Shown piece by piece: positions 47,715 through 57,466 of a DNA stretch of 64,000 nt. The stretch spans positions 98,611-162,610 of the forward strand of contig JAWAFI010000001.1 in assembly GCA_038890615.1 (NCBI GenBank), read 5' to 3'. The position numbers and the translations under genes are program-made. This stretch comes from Candidatus Anstonellales archaeon (GTDB taxonomy: Archaea; Micrarchaeota; Micrarchaeia; Anstonellales; J096). Below the pieces are notes generated by a model. It saw only the letters and a program-made list of their open reading frames with translations, was not told the DNA's origin and searched no databases. Each line of letters opens with the position of its first letter. Within the stretch, counting starts at the first letter, position 1.

Positions 47715-48776
47715 TTATATGAGTAGGTTTTGGAAGAAACTATTTAAAATTGTTATGAGGCCCAGGAAAACCAGCATAGCCCCAAGGAAAATGGCAACAA
47801 AGAACTTTGCCCCGTCCTGCCATCTTCCCTTCCCCACAATCCCAACCGTAAGAGAAGATGTAAGGGAAGTAACAAGAATCATTGCCAATGCAAAGAAGAA
47901 GAAATCCCCAGAAGTGATTGAAGGGCCAAGTGGCACAAAAGGCACTGCAGATGATGATGCGCTTATTGCGCTCACATCTATCTGCGCAAAAACCTTTTCA
48001 AGCATTTGGAGAAGCTTGTACGAAACTGATAAGAGGAAAGGAGCCCCAACCATTCCCCCAAACACTATGAATATCTGGTAGAAAAGGAGCGAAGCCTTTA
48101 TGTCGTTCTTCACTATTTCCCTTTCCCTTGCGTCTTCTGCAATCTTGTCTATTGCGTCAGCAACGCTTCCTCCTGTTGCCACTGCTTGCTTTATTATCTT
48201 CATTGCCCTCTTTATAAGAGGGGAGTCAAACGTTTCTGAAAGCCTGTCAAGCGCTTGGTGTATTGTTGAGCCGCTCAAAGATGAGCTTATTGCAACATGC
48301 ACTACTGCTGAAAGCTCACCGAACTCTGGTTTAGCAGCTTGTATCATTGCCTGCTCAACATTCATCCCTGCCCTCATGTTTGCTGAAACCAGGTTTAAGT
48401 AGTCAGGGAAAACCTTCTCAACCTTGTCTGTTATGGCGTCCTTGCGCAAGGCCAAGTAGGCCATCACGAAGAACGCCCATGAGGTGGCTGAGATGATCAG
48501 CCCAACCAAGTAGAAAAGGATGAAAAGGATGAAGTAATGGCCAAAAGAAAACGGCCTAAGGAAAGCCACTATGGGGTCAATTAGTTGGATCATTGTCCCA
48601 ACAAGCAAGGTAAGAAGAAGCACCATTACTGTTGAAAAGCCAAGGAAACGCTCTCCTGTGCTCAGAACCCCTGCTGCGCTTAGCTCCTTTTCAACTGTCT
48701 TTGCGTTTTCCCTTGAGTATAGCATTCCAATAGATTCAAAAAAATCAGGGTTTCTTGTTGCTGCCATAAGCATCAC
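47715..48776 (-). CDS. TadC/T2SS-F family pilus platform protein
   Basis: FPDYL..VSANMRAGM, EFGELS, ATGG.VAD; multiple TMs. Confidence 0.88.
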   Translation of the reverse strand: MMLMAATRNPDFFESIGMLYSRENAKTVEKELSAAGVLSTGERFLGFSTVMVLLLTLLVGTMIQLIDPIVAFLRPFSFGHYFILFILFYLVGLIISATSWAFFVMAYLALRKDAITDKVEKVFPDYLNLVSANMRAGMNVEQAMIQAAKPEFGELSAVVHVAISSSLSGSTIHQALDRLSETFDSPLIKRAMKIIKQAVATGGSVADAIDKIAEDAREREIVKNDIKASLLFYQIFIVFGGMVGAPFLLSVSYKLLQMLEKVFAQIDVSAISASSSAVPFVPLGPSITSGDFFFFALAMILVTSLTSSLTVGIVGKGRWQDGAKFFVAIFLGAMLVFLGLITILNSFFQNLLI

Positions 48777-49649
48777 CTATATCTGGTACCTCGGCCTCAT
48801 GCCATTAGCCACTGCCACGAAGAGAAGTTGTATCAGCACTATTAGTATGAGGAAGGGCCAAAGCATTGCTGAGCTGAACCCAGTGCTTCCATTGCTCATT
48901 ACTGACATTATTATGATGCTGAACGCTATCAAAAGAGGAGGGAACACTATTCCGAAAATCAAGTAGAAAAGTATGAGTGGGTTGAGCTTCTGGCCATAGG
49001 ATTTGAGCTCTATTATCTGCTCTCTTGCAAGCTGCTCAACAACTGCCTCAAGCGAATCTGCAAGGTTTGCACCAGAGGCAACTGAGTTTGCAACCTGCAG
49101 GAGCACGCGCTTTGCTGCTTGCGAGGGGCAGTGGGCTATTGCCTGCCTGAATGCCTGCGATGTGGGCGTGCCTGTCATCATTGAGTCAACTATGCCCTTG
49201 AATAGGTTGCTGACCTCCCCATAGCCCTCAGTCACTCCTACAAGGGCATCGAAAAGGCTCATGCCTGAGCGAAGCGATATGATTATATGGCGGCACGCAA
49301 AAACAAGCTGCTCATCTATCTTCTTTGAGCGCACTATTATTGCAAAATCAGGGTACACCTTGAAATAAAGGAAGAACAATATCAAGAAAATCGGTAGGAA
49401 AAGAAGCAGCCATACCAAATCTATGTAAGGGAAGAAGAGCACTATGCTGACAAGCCAGAAGAAGAGCGTGTAAATCACTATGTTCCTGCCTATCTCTCCA
49501 ACAAAAACATAGGGAGATTTGTCTATGCCAGCAAGGCGCATCTTTTCTTTCACTCCAGGAAAATAAGGCATGAGCATTTCTCCAACAGGGTCTGTCTCTT
49601 CTGGTACTTCTACTTGAGTGCTAACGAAGCTGCTTACCTTCTTTGACAT
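48777..49649 (-). CDS. TadB/C T2SS-F family pilus platform protein
   Basis: SGMSLFDAL, YGEVS, SGANL, YGQKLNPL; start reset to MSKKV. Confidence 0.88.
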   Translation of the reverse strand: MSKKVSSFVSTQVEVPEETDPVGEMLMPYFPGVKEKMRLAGIDKSPYVFVGEIGRNIVIYTLFFWLVSIVLFFPYIDLVWLLLFLPIFLILFFLYFKVYPDFAIIVRSKKIDEQLVFACRHIIISLRSGMSLFDALVGVTEGYGEVSNLFKGIVDSMMTGTPTSQAFRQAIAHCPSQAAKRVLLQVANSVASGANLADSLEAVVEQLAREQIIELKSYGQKLNPLILFYLIFGIVFPPLLIAFSIIIMSVMSNGSTGFSSAMLWPFLILIVLIQLLFVAVANGMRPRYQI

Positions 49650-49732
49650 CAGAACACACCTTAAATCTATGGGTGCAAACATCTTAAAAAGGTTTGCCTG
49701 GGCATTTTTATGCTCTATAAGCAAACTAAGCT

Positions 49733-50785
49733 TTAGAACATTCCTCTTGAGCGCTCATCCCCCCTTTCCTTAAGGGAGGTGACAAAATCACCAAATGTGT
49801 TCTTGTAGCGCATGATCGCTGTTTCTTGGGAATCGAGCGCACCATCTATGCCATACTTTTCCTTTGCTATCCTGGTTTCATTGAAGTGATGCACTGTGAA
49901 ATAGTTGCCTGAGGCCTCTGCCACTTTGCTTATTTCAGAAATCAGCGCCAACAGGTTGTTTTGGAACTCGCGCCTTACCGAAAGCACATCTGAATCTGAA
50001 AGCGCCCTTGTGAGCGTTTCCTTTGTCTGCCTGACAAGCTCACCATGGTTGCGCTCAAATTCCTTCTCTATTGAGTTAAGCGCATTGTTTATCTCAAAAT
50101 TCTGGTGTGAGATCAGCAGGGCAGGAAGGTTGGTCTTCGCTGTCCCGCCAGCAAGTATGTTCTTGAGCGCAACAATCTCTGCCTTTATGCGCTCCCTTTC
50201 AGCAGTATCCTTTGTCTTGAAGAGCTGCTTGGTGTAATCAAACATCTTTTTCTTTATATCGCTCTCGTCAACCTTCATCTTTGCTTTGGAGTAAATCTCC
50301 TTTATATGCTCCTCAGCCCTCGCTTCTGGGTTGGAAAGGTCAATAGGGAAGATTATGTTGGGCGAGAAATTTATGGTAAGATGTACTTGCGCCTTTGGTT
50401 CCTCTTTTGGCCTCTGTGGCTCTGGCATTTTTATCTCTTGAGGTGCCTCAAAATCTGGCCTTTCTGCTGTTTTTTCCTCTTTAACCTCTGGCTTCTTTAC
50501 TTCCTCTTTCTTCTCAATCTCTTTCTTTTCAAAGGTTTCCTTCATCTTTTCCTCAAGCTTCTTTGTAGCCTCAACGCTGACCTTCTCCTGCTTTATGCCA
50601 AAGCGCTTCTTTATCTCCTGCACTTTCTTTATCTTTGAATAATTAGCAAATATCTCTTCAAGGTTTGATTCGCTGGCCTTTATTATGGGCTCAATCCTTT
50701 CTGATTCGCTGAATCCTGGCTTGCTGTAAGGAAGCCTGTTCTTGGAAATGGAATTGTATAATTTTAGTAACGATTCGTAGTTCAT
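49733..50785 (-). CDS. Hypothetical protein in the pilus operon
   Basis: Co-oriented ORF directly after the ATPase; helical, with an E/K/P-rich linker. Confidence 0.75.
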   Translation of the reverse strand: MNYESLLKLYNSISKNRLPYSKPGFSESERIEPIIKASESNLEEIFANYSKIKKVQEIKKRFGIKQEKVSVEATKKLEEKMKETFEKKEIEKKEEVKKPEVKEEKTAERPDFEAPQEIKMPEPQRPKEEPKAQVHLTINFSPNIIFPIDLSNPEARAEEHIKEIYSKAKMKVDESDIKKKMFDYTKQLFKTKDTAERERIKAEIVALKNILAGGTAKTNLPALLISHQNFEINNALNSIEKEFERNHGELVRQTKETLTRALSDSDVLSVRREFQNNLLALISEISKVAEASGNYFTVHHFNETRIAKEKYGIDGALDSQETAIMRYKNTFGDFVTSLKERGDERSRGMF

Positions 50786-50786
50786 G

Positions 50787-52277
50787 CTATAGGTCAAAGG
50801 GCTTGTCTTTCACAACGAGTGAAATCACTTCGTCAGGGTTCTTGTAGTAATGGTTGACTATCCTTCCAACTTCATCAACGCCAAGGTAGTTGTTCTTAAT
50901 CATCCATTCCAGCATTGCAACCCTTTCATCTATGTTTGAGTCTATTTCCTTTTCACTCATCCCTGTGTAGAGGCCAAGCTGCTCATAGATGCGCATCGGC
51001 TTTGCCAGCTCCTTTATCTTGTCATCTTTCACGCTCCATGCATGGGTAATGACTGCTTCGTTGGTGCTCGTTATCTCAGCAAACTCTATGGTGCGCCTTA
51101 TGTTCATCCTCCTGTGGCGGAACTGCACCACTATCCCGCTCACTGATGAAAGCATCTCTGGAGGTATGTTTATCGGAGGGTTTGTTATGCGGGATATTGC
51201 CTCGCGCGTGTTGTCAGCGTGCACTGTTGAGTAGACGCTGTGGCCTGTGTGCATTGCTTCAAAGAGTATTTCTGCTTCTCTTTGCTTCCTTATTTCCCCA
51301 ACCACTATCCTGTCAGGCCTCATCCTAAGCGAATTCACAAGAAGGTCAAGCATAGTCACTTCGCCTTTGCCTTCAGGATTCGGCTCCCTTGTGACCATTG
51401 GAATCCACTGGAGGAATGATGGCAGTGTAAGCTCTCTCGTATCCTCTATGGTTATTATCCTTTGGGTTGATGGGATGAGGGAAGTGATTGCATTTAGGAA
51501 GGAGGTTTTGCCGCTTCCTGTGCCCCCTGCAACAATCAGGGAAAGCTCGTTGTGCACTGCCATCCATATAAGGCTTGCAAGCCTCAGGTTGATCGTTTTG
51601 TTGAGCACAAGCACTGGAAGCGTCCATGGGTTCTTGGAGAACTTCCTTATTGTTATTGTTGTGCCCCTGTTGGAGATTGGGAACAGGGAAGCGTTAACAC
51701 GCTCACCTGTAGGTAGGTGTGCGTCAAGAAGGGGGTTAAGCACATTTATCTGCCTGCCTATGCGCCTTGCTATAGTGCTAGCCATGTCTTGTATCTGCTC
51801 ATCGGTGTTGAACTTGATGTTGGTATTGCACCACCCGAACTCCTTGTGGTAGACCTTTACTGGCTCGCCTGGGCCATTAACCCCTATTTCCTCAAGATGC
51901 TCATCGTGGAGCAATGGCTCAAGCTGGCCCATTCCGAGCGTGTTCTGTATAAGGTAAGAAACAAGGACTCCTTCTTCCTCTTCGCTAAGCTTGAATGTCT
52001 TGTGGACTAGCTCTTTTGCTGCTTCTGTGAATCGCTTCCTAACTGCTGCTGCGCTCCTTATGTCAAGTATCTCAGCAATGTCAAGCTTTACCTCCTTTAT
52101 AAGCTCTGACTTAAGCTGGTTTGTAAGGATTACTCTAGTGCCTGGGGCAATCCCTGGTATTGATATCTCGTAAATAGGCAGGAATTCGTCCCTATCCTCT
52201 ATAGTTATTTCTATTGGCATCCCTTCGCTGTTAACCTGGTATTTTGCAAGCCTCACCGGCTTTTTTGGCTGTTTCAT
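50787..52277 (-). CDS. Pilus assembly ATPase (TadA/VirB11 family)
   Basis: GGTGSGKT, IEDTREL, LRMRPDRIVVGEIR, AMHTGH..TVHA. Confidence 0.93.
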   Translation of the reverse strand: MKQPKKPVRLAKYQVNSEGMPIEITIEDRDEFLPIYEISIPGIAPGTRVILTNQLKSELIKEVKLDIAEILDIRSAAAVRKRFTEAAKELVHKTFKLSEEEEGVLVSYLIQNTLGMGQLEPLLHDEHLEEIGVNGPGEPVKVYHKEFGWCNTNIKFNTDEQIQDMASTIARRIGRQINVLNPLLDAHLPTGERVNASLFPISNRGTTITIRKFSKNPWTLPVLVLNKTINLRLASLIWMAVHNELSLIVAGGTGSGKTSFLNAITSLIPSTQRIITIEDTRELTLPSFLQWIPMVTREPNPEGKGEVTMLDLLVNSLRMRPDRIVVGEIRKQREAEILFEAMHTGHSVYSTVHADNTREAISRITNPPINIPPEMLSSVSGIVVQFRHRRMNIRRTIEFAEITSTNEAVITHAWSVKDDKIKELAKPMRIYEQLGLYTGMSEKEIDSNIDERVAMLEWMIKNNYLGVDEVGRIVNHYYKNPDEVISLVVKDKPFDL

Positions 52278-52286
52278 AATTCGCAC

Positions 52287-53984
52287 CTATTTTTCTTCAT
52301 CCTTATTTTCTTCCCAAACCTTTTTAATTAGTTTCCTTAGGCGGTTGCGCTTCTCCTCAATGCTCTCTGACTTTGCCTCTGCCTCTTTCACATCAGAAGA
52401 GAGCTGGATAAGGTCCTGGGAAGAGGTTATGCTTATGAGCTTTGCCTGCTGGGCAAGCAGCTTCAGCTGCTTGTTAAGATTGACCGCCTCAACCCTAAGT
52501 GAATCAAGCTCCTCGCTTGCCTTTTTTACTTCTGCCATTTTTTCAAGCAAATCCTCAGTTTCTGAGATGACTTCGCTTGCATCAAGAGCCTCAAGCTCCT
52601 TGCGCACCTCAACGAACTTCTGGTCAACCTTGGCCTCCTCTGCCTCTATCTCGCTTTCTAGTATTGAATATTCCTCGCCAAGGCGCTCGAGCTGGTCAAG
52701 GTAATTCTGGATTGATTGAAGGGTTTTCTCCTTTATGCGCTGGAAGGTAGAATAGTTTGCCATCTCCTCATCAAGGGTTGCAAGTATCGTGCCTGATTCA
52801 GTGGCAAGCCTATTGCGCTCCTCCTCAATCTTCTCCCTTACATCAGAGAGCTCAGAGATAACTGCTTCAATATCCCCGAATCCTTTTGAGGCCTCCTCTG
52901 CTGCCTTCCTTGCCCTCTCAACCTCAAGCCTGAGCCTTGAGGAATCCTCTTTCAAAGATTTCACCTCGGAAAGGAGGTTATCAATAGTGGCAAACTTAGA
53001 CATTACTTCGCGTGCAAGGTCCAAGTAATCGTCTATCTGCTTCAGCGCGCTCTTCTGCTCAGTTATCTCCTTATTTATCCCGGAAATCCTTGAGGAAAGC
53101 TCTGAAGCCTGCTTCTCAACGCTTTCTATCTCTTTTATGGTGCCCTTTATCCTTTTTTCGTATTCCTCAAGGCCTGTGCTGCTTGACTTTATGGCTTCAA
53201 CAGCGCCTTTCACGCTTGCAACAATCTCTGAAATCCCCTCAAGGCGCTTAAGTATATGGTCTGATTTGCGCTGATACTCTTCTATGCTCCCTACCTCAAC
53301 AGCTGGGGAGGCCCTCTGCAAATTTTTCACAACCTCATCGCTTCTCTGCTTCAAGCTCTCCAACTGGAGGTTAAGCTCTGCTATCTTTTCCTTTGAGGAT
53401 TCCACCGTGCGCAACCTATCCTCAACACCTTCCTGCCCAAGCTGCTCCTTAACGCGCTTCAACTGGGTAGTTAGAAGGTTTATGGCGTCCCTGATCTCTG
53501 AAACCCGCGCCCTGAAGTTCTCTGCCTTGTCAACAAGCGAGTAATATTTCCTCTCCTTATCTCCTTGCGCTTCGCGTATCTGCTCAACCTTTTTTGTAAG
53601 CGCATCGACCTTTGGCTGTATTGATGAAAGAACCCTGTCAAACTCCTGCCTTAGCTTCTCCAGCTCCTTCTCCTCCCTTTCTGCATGCGACCCGATTGCC
53701 TCTATTGAGCGAACTATCTCTTCTTTCTTTTCCTTGAACTTGTCTATCTCTTTTTCAACCTCTTCCTTGGACTTTGTAACCCATACAAGGAAGACCTTCC
53801 CAAGCCTGTACTCTATCTTTAGTATTCCTTCCTGCTCAAGTATGTTTGCCCACTCCTCAATATTGTTTGGCGAGATGTTGAGAAGCTTTGAGGAGCTCTC
53901 TATGTCTATCCTTCCCTTTTCCTTGACAAGTTTTATGAGCCTGTCTACGCCTGTTGTGATAAGGAGCTCATCAAAGTTATCCAT
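52287..53984 (-). CDS. Winged-helix + long coiled-coil protein
   Basis: TTGVDRLIKLV...IEEWANILEQEGILKIEY followed by ~480 aa of heptad-rich helix; start reset to MDNFDE. Confidence 0.8.
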   Translation of the reverse strand: MDNFDELLITTGVDRLIKLVKEKGRIDIESSSKLLNISPNNIEEWANILEQEGILKIEYRLGKVFLVWVTKSKEEVEKEIDKFKEKKEEIVRSIEAIGSHAEREEKELEKLRQEFDRVLSSIQPKVDALTKKVEQIREAQGDKERKYYSLVDKAENFRARVSEIRDAINLLTTQLKRVKEQLGQEGVEDRLRTVESSKEKIAELNLQLESLKQRSDEVVKNLQRASPAVEVGSIEEYQRKSDHILKRLEGISEIVASVKGAVEAIKSSSTGLEEYEKRIKGTIKEIESVEKQASELSSRISGINKEITEQKSALKQIDDYLDLAREVMSKFATIDNLLSEVKSLKEDSSRLRLEVERARKAAEEASKGFGDIEAVISELSDVREKIEEERNRLATESGTILATLDEEMANYSTFQRIKEKTLQSIQNYLDQLERLGEEYSILESEIEAEEAKVDQKFVEVRKELEALDASEVISETEDLLEKMAEVKKASEELDSLRVEAVNLNKQLKLLAQQAKLISITSSQDLIQLSSDVKEAEAKSESIEEKRNRLRKLIKKVWEENKDEEK

Positions 53985-54036
53985 ACAGAGATATAGTAAA
54001 ATGATACCTATTAAAAAGTATCTTTCATTAGGAATA

Positions 54037-55434
54037 ATGATGGGCAGCGAGTTCACCATAAGAAAAATGAAAAAAGGCACGCTGGAAAGGTTCAAAGATC
54101 AGAATAAGCTCATAAAGCAGTTCGGCAAGGATGCAGTGCTGCTTTACAAGCTTATAGGGGAGGAGACGACATCAACAAAACTCATTGAGCAGAGCGGGCT
54201 TGAGGAAAGCTATGTGCTCTCAATAGTGAATTTCATGAAGGAAAATGGCATAATTCAGGTTGTGGAAGGTGTCCTTCCTGAAGCGCCTCCAGTTCCTGTA
54301 AAAGAGGAAAAAGGAGTGATCAAAATTGAGGGCGAATTTGAAGGGCCTCCAAAAGAGGAGATAGAATTTGAGAGGGAGGAGAAAGAGGTTAAGGAGCTTG
54401 AGGTTGAGGAGCCAAAGCCAAAGGGGAGGAAAGGGAAAAAGAAAGAGGTTATGCCGAAGGAAGAGTTAGAAGAAGAAAAGCCGGAGGAGAAGATTGAGGA
54501 AGGGCCTGCAGAGATCAAGGAACCAAAGCCAGGGGAAATAGAGGAGGAAAAGGCAGAAGTTGGGCCGAAGGAAGAGTTAGAAGAAGAAAAGCCGGAGGAG
54601 AAGATTGAGGAAGGGCCAAAGGAGGAATTTGAGGAGGAGGTAGAGGAAAGGGAGGAAGGGGCGAAGGAGATTGCTGAGGGCATGCCAAAGGAGGAGCCAG
54701 ATGAGGCTCCTGCAGAAGAGTCCCCGCTTGATAAGATAATGGACAAATATGGAGAAGCAGGGCTAAAGGTATACTCCCTTATAGACGGAAAGAAAAGCGT
54801 TGAGGACATAGCGAATGAAGTTGGGACAAGCCAGGATAGGGTAATAGAAATGCTTGACTTCATGGAGAAGGAAGGCATAATAAAGATGGAAAGGAAGGGC
54901 GAAAAGGATGAGAAGAGCCCCTATGCGCCCATGGTGGAGGGGGAGAGCGAAATTCTTGAGAAAGGGGAGAGCGAGGTAGAAGTGCCAAAAGTGGTGAAAA
55001 AAGGTATAATAAAAGACCTTCAAATAAAAACAGACCTGATGCTGAAGTTTGGGGACATTGGAAATACTATATTTGGCTTAATAGACGGGAAGAGGAGCGT
55101 AATAGACATAATGCTCCTTAGCGGGGCGCCTATGAAAACAATTGAAGAGGTAATAAAGCACCTTGGTTCGCAGGGCGTTGTTGAGGTATCAATGATGGCA
55201 AGGCTGGACATAAGGAGGAGGTTTGGGGAGGATGGCTATATAGTATACAAGAAGTATGGTAAAAGCGGTCTTGCTCTTTATGAATTGGTCGGAACTGACA
55301 AAGGCCTTAAGGATATGTTAAAGATAGTTGGATGCGCAAAGGAAAAGCTAGTAGACATGTTTGCGTTCATACACGGGGTGCTTGGCATAGACATACCTGT
55401 GGATAAAACCATGCTTATGGAGCAGCTTGGGTGA
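54037..55434 (+). CDS. Protein with four winged-helix-like repeats and an acidic linker
   Basis: Repeats Kx[FY]Gxxgxx[vi][YF]xL[IV]; E/P-rich centre; start reset to MMGSEF. Confidence 0.75.
   Translation: MMGSEFTIRKMKKGTLERFKDQNKLIKQFGKDAVLLYKLIGEETTSTKLIEQSGLEESYVLSIVNFMKENGIIQVVEGVLPEAPPVPVKEEKGVIKIEGEFEGPPKEEIEFEREEKEVKELEVEEPKPKGRKGKKKEVMPKEELEEEKPEEKIEEGPAEIKEPKPGEIEEEKAEVGPKEELEEEKPEEKIEEGPKEEFEEEVEEREEGAKEIAEGMPKEEPDEAPAEESPLDKIMDKYGEAGLKVYSLIDGKKSVEDIANEVGTSQDRVIEMLDFMEKEGIIKMERKGEKDEKSPYAPMVEGESEILEKGESEVEVPKVVKKGIIKDLQIKTDLMLKFGDIGNTIFGLIDGKRSVIDIMLLSGAPMKTIEEVIKHLGSQGVVEVSMMARLDIRRRFGEDGYIVYKKYGKSGLALYELVGTDKGLKDMLKIVGCAKEKLVDMFAFIHGVLGIDIPVDKTMLMEQLG
54453..54617 (+). repeat. Exact 54-bp in-frame direct repeat (54453-54506 and 54564-54617)
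   Basis: gccgaaggaagagttagaagaagaaaagccggaggagaagattgaggaagggcc occurs twice, 111 bp apart. Confidence 0.9.
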
Positions 55435-55435
55435 A

Positions 55436-57391
55436 CTACTCTTCTTTTAAATAATCATCCATTCTTTCATTTTTATTGAGGAATAAATTCCGCAAATCTT
55501 CAAGGAATTCCTTGAATCTATTTTCCCTTTCCTCAATTGCTTCTCCTTCCTCTTTTGCACGCTCCTTCTCTTCTGCCATCCTCTTCTCTATCCTGCTCTT
55601 CAGCTCATCCAGCGAGATTTCGCCATTGATGAAATCTATGAAATCCTTAGAGTTTGAAGAGTAGATTGCATTGATATATATATCAATCTCATTGCGCGGT
55701 ATGCTCTGGATGAGCTCCTCAGCTGCCCTAGCAACTTTTTTTGGCTCCTCCAAAGCCATCCTTGCTATATCATCATTGCTTCCAAGCACCTCAAAAACCT
55801 TGTCAGCAATGTAGATGTCCTGCTCATCTTCGCTTGTGGAAGCAAGGATTCTTGGAGTGGCAATTTCTCCAAAAGAGGCAATAACCTTTTCAGGTGAGCT
55901 TACAAAGGTGTCAAATAAGTAGTCGCTTTTGAGTATTGCAGATATTGCCTTTGATGAGCATGGGCCTGTTTTGATTATTAGCTCATGGGAATAAGGTGAG
56001 AGCAAGATAGCCATCGACCTTTTATCGCTTAAAGCAGATACTAATCCATCTAAGCTTGAATTGGGGTTGCTTGCCCTGAAGGTGTCAAAAATGCCCTTTA
56101 TGGAGCCCTGGATTTTAATTGGGTCTGAAAGAAAGGCTTCAAGGATAGCTGAATTTGCCTCAAAAAGGTAGAGGCATGCATGGAATTCTTCTAAGTCGTT
56201 CTTGAATGTTTCCTTTAGGGATTGGATTGTTGTTAGCAAAAGGGAGGGGTTTTGTGAAAGCTGCTCCCTGAAAAGCATGTTTGCAAACAAGAATGTATGG
56301 GAATCGTTTTCAAATAAATTCAGCATGCCCAAAAGAGAAGATATCTTCTTCTCATCAGACAGCAAGCCTTCTCCTGAAAAAAGGGGTTCAGGCTGCGATC
56401 GGGTCTTGTTTGTAAAATCTAACAAGAAATCGCAAAACTTTCTAAGTGAAACTCCCTTTGCCCTGCATAGCTTTATTGCCTTTTCCATATTAACAGAGGC
56501 ATTTTCAAGGTCATTGGCAAAGATGTCTATGAAATGCTTGTAGTTTAGCAATCTTATCAAAGCATCTTTTTCTTCCCCTGCTTCGTTTAGAATAGATAGC
56601 AGGCACTTCTCCTTGCCTTCTTCAATAAGTTTTGCATAAAGAGAGAGGATGCCTGAGAGGTTCCCTTCGCTCAGTAGCATTTTTTCTAATCCGGCCTTTC
56701 TTGCAAGCTCCACCATCTTCTCAGATGCTTTCAAAGGCATTTTCAGGAACAGCTCAAAGAATTCCTCGCTTGCCCTTAGCCCGGTATAAAGGGCAAGGCG
56801 CTCTTCCTCGCTTGCTTTGCCCTTAATAACTTTCAGAGCGTGCAATATTGCCTCCTTCTTATCGAATAGCTTTATGGCAAAGCTGCTTGGGTCCCTAGGA
56901 GGCCAAAACATTCCATTGACTCCAGAAATAAAACTATTGGTTTCTGTGCCAAGGGTTTCTTTGAGCTGTGCGAAGAAATCCTTCCATGCAGTGAAGTTCT
57001 CTGCAAAATGGGATGCAAAGCCCTCTGATGAAAGCCATGCGAAAACCTTTGCTGAGCCATCCCCAAGAAGTGGGATGAGCTCAAGGAACTTATGAGCATT
57101 TGCAGCAAAGAATTCCTGTGTTCTTGCAGGACTTGCTGCATCAACATCAACATGGCTTAAAAATTTTACAAGGTCATCTGCTGTGCCTTCTGGGTCTTTT
57201 TTGAACCTTTCAGCAACAACCTCGTTTGTGCTCAAGATGAAAAAAAGAAAATCTGCCTTTTCCTTGCTAAGGCAGCATCCCACATGATCCTTTATCCAGT
57301 TTTCCCTCTCTTTTAAGAAGTTATTAACTTTATCTTGAGGTTGAGTGGTGTTGGGGAGCTCTTGATTTTTTTTGAATCCCGGTCGCTCCAT
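55436..57391 (-). CDS. Hypothetical alpha-helical repeat protein (651 aa)
   Basis: Long ORF with a recurring degenerate helical motif ending in FxxxP. Confidence 0.75.
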   Translation of the reverse strand: MERPGFKKNQELPNTTQPQDKVNNFLKERENWIKDHVGCCLSKEKADFLFFILSTNEVVAERFKKDPEGTADDLVKFLSHVDVDAASPARTQEFFAANAHKFLELIPLLGDGSAKVFAWLSSEGFASHFAENFTAWKDFFAQLKETLGTETNSFISGVNGMFWPPRDPSSFAIKLFDKKEAILHALKVIKGKASEEERLALYTGLRASEEFFELFLKMPLKASEKMVELARKAGLEKMLLSEGNLSGILSLYAKLIEEGKEKCLLSILNEAGEEKDALIRLLNYKHFIDIFANDLENASVNMEKAIKLCRAKGVSLRKFCDFLLDFTNKTRSQPEPLFSGEGLLSDEKKISSLLGMLNLFENDSHTFLFANMLFREQLSQNPSLLLTTIQSLKETFKNDLEEFHACLYLFEANSAILEAFLSDPIKIQGSIKGIFDTFRASNPNSSLDGLVSALSDKRSMAILLSPYSHELIIKTGPCSSKAISAILKSDYLFDTFVSSPEKVIASFGEIATPRILASTSEDEQDIYIADKVFEVLGSNDDIARMALEEPKKVARAAEELIQSIPRNEIDIYINAIYSSNSKDFIDFINGEISLDELKSRIEKRMAEEKERAKEEGEAIEERENRFKEFLEDLRNLFLNKNERMDDYLKEE

Positions 57392-57466
57392 GGATTATAG
57401 TGCGTTAAAAACGTTTAAAAAGATAGGGGAATGCTTTTAAAGCATGAAGGAAATAAAAAAGCGTTC

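Noticed and set aside
53734..54095. Apparent overlap of two long divergent ORFs
   Set aside because: Disappears when the starts are set at 53984 and 54037, leaving a 52-bp divergent promoter
57431..57445. Near-palindrome ATGCTTTTAAAGCAT
   Set aside because: Coincides with the TATA box of tRNA-Trp; no further support for an operator
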